Assembly: GCA_035510155.1 (NCBI GenBank)
Contig: DATKHR010000111.1
Span: 3-64,002, forward strand
Direction of reading: 5' to 3'
Origin: Vicinamibacterales bacterium
GTDB lineage: Bacteria > Acidobacteriota > Vicinamibacteria > Vicinamibacterales > CAVVIG01
Length of the DNA: 64,000 bases
Part shown: positions 28,724-36,017 of the stretch, one piece after another
Layout of the letters: the number at the start of each line of letters is the position of its first letter
How positions within the stretch are numbered: position 1 is the first letter of the stretch
Notes under the pieces: model-generated
The model's database searches: none
The model's input: only the letters and a program-made list of their open reading frames with translations
What the model was told of the DNA's origin: nothing
Program-made: the position numbers and the translations under genes

Positions 28724-29302
28724 GTGCAACGACACTCAAGAGCCCTGGCGACGCTCGTGTGCCTCGGTTCCACCCTCGCCATCCCGCGATCCGTCCATGC
28801 GCAGACGCCGTCGACGTCATCGACTGAATTCTTCGGCGGCTACTCATATCTGCGCGACCCGGGCGCTTCGGTGCTGACCGCCACGGAAGGCGACGACAGC
28901 TTTCCGCTCGGGTGGGCCGCCGGCGTGGCGCGGCCGGTGCGGCGGGCGATCGCCGTCGTGGGCGACGTCAGCGGTCAGTACAAGACACGCACGACGTTCG
29001 ACAACGACGTCAAGCTGTCGTTCCACGCGTTTATGGCCGGGCCTCGCGCGAGCGCTACGATTGGACGTGTCGCCGAGTTCGCGCAGATCCTCGTCGGCGC
29101 CGTGCACGCCCGAGGATCCGGCTTCGGCGTGACCACATCTCTCACGACTCTCGGCGTCCAACCTGGCGGGGGCATCGACTACCCGCTCGGGTCGCGGTTC
29201 GCGGCGCGGCTCGAGCTCGACTACCGGTGGATCAAGGGCTCCGCAGAGGGACGGGAGGCCGCGAACCAGCTGCGAGCGATCGTGGCGGTCGTCTATCGCT
29301 GA
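28724..29302 (+). CDS. Outer-membrane beta-barrel protein (OmpA-barrel/porin-family)
   Basis: Signal peptide LATLVCLGSTLAIPRSVHAQ. FFGGYSYLRD first strand. Alternating strands through the rest. Start tentatively GTG 28724; the ORF opens at 28643. Confidence 0.6.
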   Translation: MQRHSRALATLVCLGSTLAIPRSVHAQTPSTSSTEFFGGYSYLRDPGASVLTATEGDDSFPLGWAAGVARPVRRAIAVVGDVSGQYKTRTTFDNDVKLSFHAFMAGPRASATIGRVAEFAQILVGAVHARGSGFGVTTSLTTLGVQPGGGIDYPLGSRFAARLELDYRWIKGSAEGREAANQLRAIVAVVYR

Positions 29303-29314
29303 ATTGAACGCTGG

Positions 29315-30469
29315 ATGAAGATCGGCATGGTCGTGACGGGCGGCGTCGATCGCAGCGGCCGCGAGCGTGTCGTCCCAGCCCTGCTGTGGCTGATCGAGGC
29401 GCTGGCGCGGCGCCACGAGCTCCACGTCTTCGTGCTCGACTATTACCCGGAGCCGTGCTCGTACGACCTGCTCGGAGCAACGGTGCACGATCTCGGCCGG
29501 GTACGCGGCGTTCGTGGCTCGAGACGGTTCCGCATCGCGCGCCGCCTGTCGGTGGAGTTGGCCGCCCACGGCCCGTTCGACGTCCTGCACGCATATTGGG
29601 GGGTGCCGGCCGGTGCCGTCACGGCCCGGTTGGCGGGCCGCATCGGCGTTCCAGTGGTCGTGACCTTCGACAGCGGGGAATTCGTGCGCTGCGATGACAT
29701 CGCCTACGGGCTTCAACGGCGCTGGATCGATCGGCTCGCCGTCCGCGCGGCCATTCGCGCCGCCTCGACGCTGACGGTGCCGACGCAATTCATGCGGCGG
29801 CTGGCGGAGCGGCACGGCGCCGATCCGATTGTCATTCCGATTGGCGTCGACGTGTCGCGCTTTCCGAAAGTCGACCGGTCGGATGGGCCGCCGTGGCGAC
29901 TGATTCGGGTCGCGAGCCTCAACCGCGTCAAGGATTACCCGACTCTGCTTCGCGCGCTCGCGCACCTGGTCGCGCGCGTCCCCGATGTGCACCTCGACAT
30001 CGTAGGCGAAGACATCCTCGGCGGGGCGATCCAGTCGATGGCCGATGGCCTCGGACTCCGGGCGTACGTGACGTTTCACGGCGGACAGCCTACCGAGCGC
30101 GTCTCGATGCTGTACGCGCGTGCGCACCTCAATCTCGTCTCCTCCCGTCATGAGTCCGCAAACGTGACGGTCCTCGAAGCGGCCTCTACCGGACTGCCGA
30201 CCGTCGGTACCGCCGTCGGGTATGTCGCCGAGCTCGAGCCTGACGGCGCGGTCGCGGTACCGGTGCAAGAACCAGTGGCCCTCGCGGCCGCGATCGAGCG
30301 GGCGCTGCACGATCGGGAAAGACGCGAGCGTCTCGGCGCCGCGGCGCGCGCCTGGACAATTGAGCACGACGTTGACTGGACGGCGCGGCAGTTCGAGCGG
30401 TTGTACACGGGGCTCGTCAGCGAGCGCCCACGCCAGGCTCCGAGATCGGACAGCCCTCAATCCGCCTGA
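29315..30469 (+). CDS. Glycosyltransferase family 4 (GT-B fold)
   Basis: 384 aa. MKIGMVVTGG... N-terminus. E-x7-E region SSRHESANVTVLEAASTGLPTVGT. Confidence 0.85.
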   Translation: MKIGMVVTGGVDRSGRERVVPALLWLIEALARRHELHVFVLDYYPEPCSYDLLGATVHDLGRVRGVRGSRRFRIARRLSVELAAHGPFDVLHAYWGVPAGAVTARLAGRIGVPVVVTFDSGEFVRCDDIAYGLQRRWIDRLAVRAAIRAASTLTVPTQFMRRLAERHGADPIVIPIGVDVSRFPKVDRSDGPPWRLIRVASLNRVKDYPTLLRALAHLVARVPDVHLDIVGEDILGGAIQSMADGLGLRAYVTFHGGQPTERVSMLYARAHLNLVSSRHESANVTVLEAASTGLPTVGTAVGYVAELEPDGAVAVPVQEPVALAAAIERALHDRERRERLGAAARAWTIEHDVDWTARQFERLYTGLVSERPRQAPRSDSPQSA

Positions 30470-31754
30470 CCAGCCCTGAGTCAGCGATTTTCGTGACACC
30501 GTCGACGATGAGCTGACGAGGCACGACGCCGCGCGCGTGAAAGAGGGCGGCCAACGACGCGTTCCCGACGAGCGGGCGTCCCCCTACGACGACGAGCGAA
30601 ACGTCACAGCGGCGCGCTGCGAGGAGCGCCGCCGCCGCGGCATCGATCGCGTCGTGCAATCCTTCCGGCCGGGAGGGCAGTTGGGGCGACCCTTCCCTCT
30701 CGGCCTCCAGTCCCGGGGCTCCGGTGCCAGGCACTCCTCCGGGGTTCGGGACGATCACGAGATCCGCCGGACCGCCAATGGACAAGCGGCCGGCGTATGG
30801 GAGCCGCAGCAAGCGCGCCGCGTTGGTCGTGACCATGGCCAGCAATTCCCGTGTCGAAGCCACGTGCGTCGCGCTGGCGGCCCTGAGCTCGTCGAGCAGA
30901 TCGTTCGACCCCGTCAGCCGTGAGTCGGACCCGAGCGCCACGGGAGCCGGCGCCTCGTGACCGTCCAACCCGTCGAGCAGCGGGCGCACGGCGGCGGTCC
31001 GGCCGAACAGGAAGGCGTTCGATCCCGGGCACCAGACGAGCCCGGCGCCGGCCTTCACCATGCGACTGAACCCGTTCGCGTCGATCGCGACGCCGTGCAC
31101 GGCGATCGTATTCGGCGCGAGGCATCCGAGGGCCTCGAGCCGAGGCAGCTCGCTCGCCGCCTCGTCGTCGACACCCTCGGCGAGATGGACCACGAACGGC
31201 ACGTCCGCGGACGTGCGCCGCCAGCGCAGGGCCACTTCTCCACCGAGCTCGCCACGCGCGCCGGCCGGGCCGTGCTCGAGCGCGAAAGAATGCGCCCACC
31301 CGTAGCGCCGAACGACGTGAATCGGCATCGTCCGACGGAGCTCGCTGTAATACGGGTTGTGGTGCGCAACGGTTGTCACACCGGCGAGGAGGTTCTTCAG
31401 CGCACCGATGAACAGCCGCTCGGTGAGCGGGTATCCGACGCCTGCGCGGATCGACGAGTCCGAGGCCAGCCGCGGGCGCATGTCTTCCATCCACTCGGTG
31501 GCATTCGCGTACCGATCGCGGAACTTGCGCCGGCCGTAGTGATTGAGCTCGAGGTGGTCGTGCGCGTTGATGAGACCCGGAAGAATCCACGCTCCCCGGA
31601 GATCGATGACTGTGTCGCCCTGCTTCGGCGGGGCGTTTATCGCGAGGATGCGCGACGTGAAGCGGAGCGATCGGATGGCTTCGCTGGCTCCGTCGGGCGC
31701 GGCCACGGCAGGGGCGCCAGCATTCACGAGGTATGCGGCGCGGCCCAGGATCAC
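30417..31754 (-). CDS. Amidohydrolase-superfamily metal-dependent hydrolase
   Basis: ORF 30417..32474 trimmed to GTG 31754, which overlaps the upstream stop (GTGA). PGLINAHDHLELN (H-x-H metal motif) and later VHLAEG and HGV blocks. The N-terminal 240 aa of the raw ORF are Arg/Pro-rich junk overlapping the methyltransferase gene. Confidence 0.75.
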   Translation of the reverse strand: MILGRAAYLVNAGAPAVAAPDGASEAIRSLRFTSRILAINAPPKQGDTVIDLRGAWILPGLINAHDHLELNHYGRRKFRDRYANATEWMEDMRPRLASDSSIRAGVGYPLTERLFIGALKNLLAGVTTVAHHNPYYSELRRTMPIHVVRRYGWAHSFALEHGPAGARGELGGEVALRWRRTSADVPFVVHLAEGVDDEAASELPRLEALGCLAPNTIAVHGVAIDANGFSRMVKAGAGLVWCPGSNAFLFGRTAAVRPLLDGLDGHEAPAPVALGSDSRLTGSNDLLDELRAASATHVASTRELLAMVTTNAARLLRLPYAGRLSIGGPADLVIVPNPGGVPGTGAPGLEAEREGSPQLPSRPEGLHDAIDAAAAALLAARRCDVSLVVVGGRPLVGNASLAALFHARGVVPRQLIVDGVTKIADSGLVRRIEGCPISEPGVGAR

Positions 31755-32524
31755 CGTGGCGAACCTTGCTCCGGCGTCGAAACTCCGGACACTCTTTTTA
31801 CAGCATGAAAGACCGCGACCACCGGTGCCAGGCGGTCCCGCGGCACGGGGCCCGCCGAGGCACCCCAACGTGGCAGCCGCGTTTGGGACCTTGCCCAGGC
31901 GCCCGCCCGGGCGAACCGTGCGAGACGGCCCACCCTGGGGACCTTGACGCGCGGCTCGCGAATCGCCAGCACGCTCAACCCGGCAGCGGACAGAGCCGCG
32001 AGATGTGCCTCGATCGTGTGCGGCGCAAGCTGAACGGCGTGTAGGCCGCCGTCGGCGGTTCTGAATGTGCGCTCCCACCCGTAATCCAGCCACGAGGGGT
32101 GGAAATCGGAGTACACGAGGTGGCCGGCGGGGGTCATGACCCGGGCCATCTCGGTCATCCAGCCGGGGAGATCGCGGATGTCGCCGACCATCAACGACGC
32201 GTTCACCAGGTCGAATGTCGCGCGCCGGAAGGGAAGGCAACAGGCATCCGCTCGAATGCAGCGGCCGTGAGCCACACGCCTGAGCATCGCCATCGACAGG
32301 TCGAGGCCCACGACCGAGCCGGCGCGCGTTTGGAGGATCGGCAGATACCGTCCAGAGCCCGTGCCGACGTCCAAAGCGCGCTTCGCGGATAGATGCGCGA
32401 GGATTCGAACGACGATCGCCTCTTCGGCCGCCATGAGCGGGTTGTGGGCTTCCGCCGCGTACGTGTCGGCCCACAGCTCGTAGGCCAGTCGCGGAGGAAG
32501 TGGCGTCAACGCGGTCCGCATCAT
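31751..32524 (-). CDS. Class I SAM-dependent methyltransferase
   Basis: ORF trimmed to ATG 32524 (MMRTALTPL). Motif I ALDVGTGSGRY. Post-I VGLDLS. Its start overlaps the stop of the upstream radical SAM gene (TGATG). Confidence 0.8.
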   Translation of the reverse strand: MMRTALTPLPPRLAYELWADTYAAEAHNPLMAAEEAIVVRILAHLSAKRALDVGTGSGRYLPILQTRAGSVVGLDLSMAMLRRVAHGRCIRADACCLPFRRATFDLVNASLMVGDIRDLPGWMTEMARVMTPAGHLVYSDFHPSWLDYGWERTFRTADGGLHAVQLAPHTIEAHLAALSAAGLSVLAIREPRVKVPRVGRLARFARAGAWARSQTRLPRWGASAGPVPRDRLAPVVAVFHAVKRVSGVSTPEQGSPR

Positions 32525-34050
32525 CAGAAGCCCGTGGTCTCCGGCCGCTGATAACTCATGAAGTGCTGAAGCGCGTGAAGCTCGTACGGCGCATCGTAGA
32601 AACGGAGCGCGTAGCGCCACGAGCTCGTCGTCCTCAAGACCGCGCGCCGCCAGCGCGTCAGCTTCGGGTCGGTGACGGTGGGATAAAAGGCGTTGACGAC
32701 CCGCTCGAAGTTCCTGACGCGGCGCCGCACCTCGGTGTGCACCCAGGGGAGCCCGTCGCCGCGCCGCTTTGCGAGCTGTTCCCACGCCGGCGACGCCCAC
32801 TCCTCGAGCGAATCAGCAAAGCGGAACCCCTCTCGCCGCGCGCTGTCGAGCAGCACGCCGTCGAGCGGGACCGGCGTGTACGTATAGAGAATGATTTCCA
32901 CCGCCGGATTGACCCGCTTGATCCGGCGGATGAACTCAAACGTGCGCGCGACGTCCCTTTCCGGATCGGGCGGGCAACCGAGCACAAAAGAGAATTCCGG
33001 GACGATGCGGTGCCGCTTCATGCGTGCCGCGAGCTCGAGCGCCAGGCTCGCCGACGCCGTGCCGCCTTTGTTCATCGCCGCAAGCGCTTCGTCGGAGCCG
33101 GATTCGGCGCCGGAAAAGACCATCTTGAGGCCCGAGCGCGCCATCTTCTCCCACGTGGCCTCGCCGTAATGCATCAACGTGTCGACGCGCCCGAGGCCCC
33201 ACCATCGAAGCCGCAGATCGGTGATGCGATCGGCAAACTCCGCCGTCCGCGCTTCCGATACGAAGAAGTCCATGTCGTGCATCTGAACCGCATCGATCCC
33301 AAAAGTTGACGTGAGGTGTCTGAGGACGCGTTCCAGACGTGCGGGAGACTGCGCCAGCCAGCGCCGGTTCGACATCGCCACAACCGCGCAGAAGTTGCAC
33401 GCGAACGGACAGCCAAACGACGAGTTGTGCGCCGTCGTCCGGCGGCCGAGATAGTCCGCGTGCACATACGCCCCCATATCGATGCGGTGATACGGCAGGT
33501 CCGGCAGCTCATCGAGCGGAATCATGGGCCCAATCGGGTTGTGCACGATGCGACAGTCCAGTGCGGATTGCGACCACCCGGATTTCCACGACAGCCCGCC
33601 GATGCGATCGAATGATCCGCCGGATTTCAACGCGGCGATGAGCTCCAAGAGCGGGCGCTCGCCCTGGGACCGGACGGCGAAGTCCACGAATGACGACCTC
33701 AGCACGACGTCTGGATGCTGGGTCGGGAAGTAGCCGCCCCACACGATCGGCAGATCCGGACAGGCCGCTTTGATGCGCCGGCAGACTGTCACGGCTTGCG
33801 AGAGCTGCGGACCGGGCATGACGCTGACGGCCAACAACACGACCCTTTCGGGCGCACCCATCCTCGGAGGCCTCAAGGCGCGCGCCCGGGTCACGCAGTC
33901 GATGATGTCTGCCGCGGGATCGCGCGCAAGGTTCCCGTCGATGAGCGTCCACGGCTCCGCCCCCTCGAGCACCGCGGCCAGCGACATCAACGATAACGGC
34001 AGCGGCTGTTTTCCCGGCGTCGTCGACAACGGGTTGAAGAGAATGATCAT
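32524..34050 (-). CDS. B12-binding-domain radical SAM enzyme (class B)
   Basis: ORF trimmed to ATG 34050 (MIILFNPLS...). N-terminal Rossmann-like cobalamin-binding region. Radical SAM cluster motif GCPFACNFC. ATGA overlap with the upstream methyltransferase stop. Confidence 0.8.
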   Translation of the reverse strand: MIILFNPLSTTPGKQPLPLSLMSLAAVLEGAEPWTLIDGNLARDPAADIIDCVTRARALRPPRMGAPERVVLLAVSVMPGPQLSQAVTVCRRIKAACPDLPIVWGGYFPTQHPDVVLRSSFVDFAVRSQGERPLLELIAALKSGGSFDRIGGLSWKSGWSQSALDCRIVHNPIGPMIPLDELPDLPYHRIDMGAYVHADYLGRRTTAHNSSFGCPFACNFCAVVAMSNRRWLAQSPARLERVLRHLTSTFGIDAVQMHDMDFFVSEARTAEFADRITDLRLRWWGLGRVDTLMHYGEATWEKMARSGLKMVFSGAESGSDEALAAMNKGGTASASLALELAARMKRHRIVPEFSFVLGCPPDPERDVARTFEFIRRIKRVNPAVEIILYTYTPVPLDGVLLDSARREGFRFADSLEEWASPAWEQLAKRRGDGLPWVHTEVRRRVRNFERVVNAFYPTVTDPKLTRWRRAVLRTTSSWRYALRFYDAPYELHALQHFMSYQRPETTGF

Positions 34051-34955
34051 CGCCGCTTCCGCAGCACGATCAAGAAGTGATCGCCCCACGATCGGAGCAC
34101 GGGCCAGCCGCCGACGAGGTCGTCGACGCGCTGCAGGCGTCCGACGAGCGCCGGATGACGCTCCGCAAACGCCTCGAGGTAGGGCGGCGGTGTCACCAGG
34201 CCCAGCGCCCGCAACGACACCACCGCGAAGCCGGCCGACCGAAACGCGCGAGCGAATTCGCGAGGCGCGTAGTAGCGCGTCCACACCGTGCGGCCTTCGA
34301 GCGGAACGGCGACTTGATGGCGAGAAAAGCGCAGCCTGGCGCGCGACCATGCGCCGCGGGCTGCGTACAGCGCAATCTCCCAGGGGCAGACCCGCCCGAT
34401 GGCGGACGCGACGAGCAGACCGCCCGGTCTCAGACGATCCGCGATGGTCCGAGCCGCCTCGGGAAGATCCGGCACGCAATTGAGCGCGCCGAAGCTCGAA
34501 TAGGCGGCATCGAACAGATCGGGGGCCAACTGGTCGAGCTGATGGATGCCGAGGTGCTCGATCCGCACTTTTTCGTCCAGGCCCGCCTCCCGCACACGAT
34601 GCCGCGCGGCCTCAACCATCAGCGGCGACCAATCGATGGCCGTGATTTCGTGGCCGCTCTGCCCGAGTGGAACGTCATCGGTGCCCGGCCCGCAGCCGAG
34701 ATCGAGGACTCTCGATCCGGGCTCGAGGAACCGATCGAGCGTGTCGCGCGAGCGCTTGCGCATCGCACACAGGATCGGATTGGCCGCGTTCGAACGATCG
34801 TACCGGCTGGCCACGCCGTCGAAGGCGCGCTGCGTATCGATCAAGGCACGCTGCCGCTCGACGTTCTCTCGCTCGCGCGCCTCTCGCTCGCGCGTCTCTT
34901 TCTCACGTGCGGCTCGCTCGCGCGCCCCTCGCGCGGTCGCGGTCAGGATATCCAC
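34047..34955 (-). CDS. Class I SAM-dependent methyltransferase with charged N-terminal helix
   Basis: 302 aa. Motif I VLDLGCGPGTD. EITAIDWS. FGALNCVPD. N-terminal REKETREREARERENVERQ low-complexity stretch. Confidence 0.8.
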   Translation of the reverse strand: MDILTATARGARERAAREKETREREARERENVERQRALIDTQRAFDGVASRYDRSNAANPILCAMRKRSRDTLDRFLEPGSRVLDLGCGPGTDDVPLGQSGHEITAIDWSPLMVEAARHRVREAGLDEKVRIEHLGIHQLDQLAPDLFDAAYSSFGALNCVPDLPEAARTIADRLRPGGLLVASAIGRVCPWEIALYAARGAWSRARLRFSRHQVAVPLEGRTVWTRYYAPREFARAFRSAGFAVVSLRALGLVTPPPYLEAFAERHPALVGRLQRVDDLVGGWPVLRSWGDHFLIVLRKRR

Positions 34956-35980
34956 GGCGCGCGCCTCCAGCTAGTTTTGAGCGAGCACACGCATCGCCGG
35001 CAGACGGGGTTGCTGGACATGTCGAGCGATTCGCGAAACGCCCGCAGGTTGCGGGTCACGATCGCCTCGAGCGGTGTTTCACGAATGCTGCCGATCGAAT
35101 CATGGAAAAAGCAGGGCCGAACGGCGCCGTTTGCCTCGATGACAACCGACACCCACGGAGCATTGCAGTGCACGAGCGGAAAAACCATCTCGCCACGAAG
35201 CGCGGCGTAGTAGCGAGGGAGGTTCCGCAGCTTGTCGGGGGCCTCGGCGATGAAGCCGGACTCGAAGTCGTCACCGTAGTCCGCGATCGTCTGTTCAACG
35301 ATCCGTGCAAACTCAGCCGTCTCGTCGGCGTTCAGCGTCAACCCGCGGGCGTCCGGAGCGTGATCCCGGCCGAACGCGCGCGACGTGACATCGGCCGGCA
35401 GGAACGAGATGCCGTCGAGGCCCAGGGTCCTGGCGCAGTCGATGAGATTCGGCATCTCGCGGTAATTGGCCTTGTGGAGCGTCGCCCGCGCCGTCACCGG
35501 AAGCGACGGCGCCAGCGCCCGAAGACGCGCCACACCGCGCGCGACCGTGCCGAACGCCGCCACGCCGCGAATCTGCTCGTACAGGTCCTCCGCGGGTGCA
35601 TCGAGCGACACGCACACGCGCGCGAAGTGGTGCGCGACACGATTGGCGAATCGCTCGAGCAGAATGCCGCTCGTGAGCAGGTGGAGCGTCAGCCCGCGCG
35701 CCCGGAACATCGACGCCGCATCGAAGACCTCGGGACGCAGGAGCGGCTCGCCGCCGGAGAACACAACCACTTTCGTTCCCAACGCCGGCAGCGTCCCGGC
35801 AAGATCGTCGATCTCGGCGAGACTGAGATCCCCCTCGCCGGACTGCTTCCACCAGTCGCAGGAGATGCAGCGGCTGTTACACCGGCTCGTGGGATAGAAG
35901 ATGACGAGCGGGAGCACGAACGTCCGGTTGGCCGCCTCTCCCAGCCTGACGAGCACCGCCGTCGGTAATGTGGCCAGCAT
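34943..35980 (-). CDS. Radical SAM enzyme with C-terminal SPASM/twitch-type Cys cluster
   Basis: 345 aa. CNSRCISC (C-x3-C-x2-C) near the N-terminus, about 35857-35881. FSGGEPLL. C-terminal CNAPW...PCFF...NPVCRRCVC auxiliary-cluster pattern. Confidence 0.8.
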   Translation of the reverse strand: MLATLPTAVLVRLGEAANRTFVLPLVIFYPTSRCNSRCISCDWWKQSGEGDLSLAEIDDLAGTLPALGTKVVVFSGGEPLLRPEVFDAASMFRARGLTLHLLTSGILLERFANRVAHHFARVCVSLDAPAEDLYEQIRGVAAFGTVARGVARLRALAPSLPVTARATLHKANYREMPNLIDCARTLGLDGISFLPADVTSRAFGRDHAPDARGLTLNADETAEFARIVEQTIADYGDDFESGFIAEAPDKLRNLPRYYAALRGEMVFPLVHCNAPWVSVVIEANGAVRPCFFHDSIGSIRETPLEAIVTRNLRAFRESLDMSSNPVCRRCVCSLKTSWRRAPWIS

Positions 35981-36017
35981 GCGAGGTTCTTGGTCTTTGG
36001 GCCTTGGTGCTTGGTCC

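Noticed and set aside
28844-30499. 551-aa ORF on the minus strand spanning the OM barrel and GT4 genes
   Set aside because: It is antisense to two ORFs with clear family motifs. Its translation is Arg/Pro/Gly-rich with no motif. This is a typical shadow ORF of high-GC DNA.
31755-32474. N-terminal 240-aa extension of the amidohydrolase ORF. Similar long 5' extensions occur in ORFs 58503..61250, 54888..56846, 62388..63692, 46450..47868, 38812..40902, 6576..7394 and 17204..19159.
   Set aside because: The extensions overlap neighbouring real genes in another frame and are Arg/Pro-rich. They end at internal starts that carry an RBS and/or a signal peptide, or that show 4-nt start/stop coupling. 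Gene models were trimmed accordingly.
34861-34940. Triple ctcgctcgcgcgc direct repeat
   Set aside because: It lies inside the methyltransferase coding region and simply encodes the reiterated Arg/Glu helix (REREARERE). It is not an independent element.
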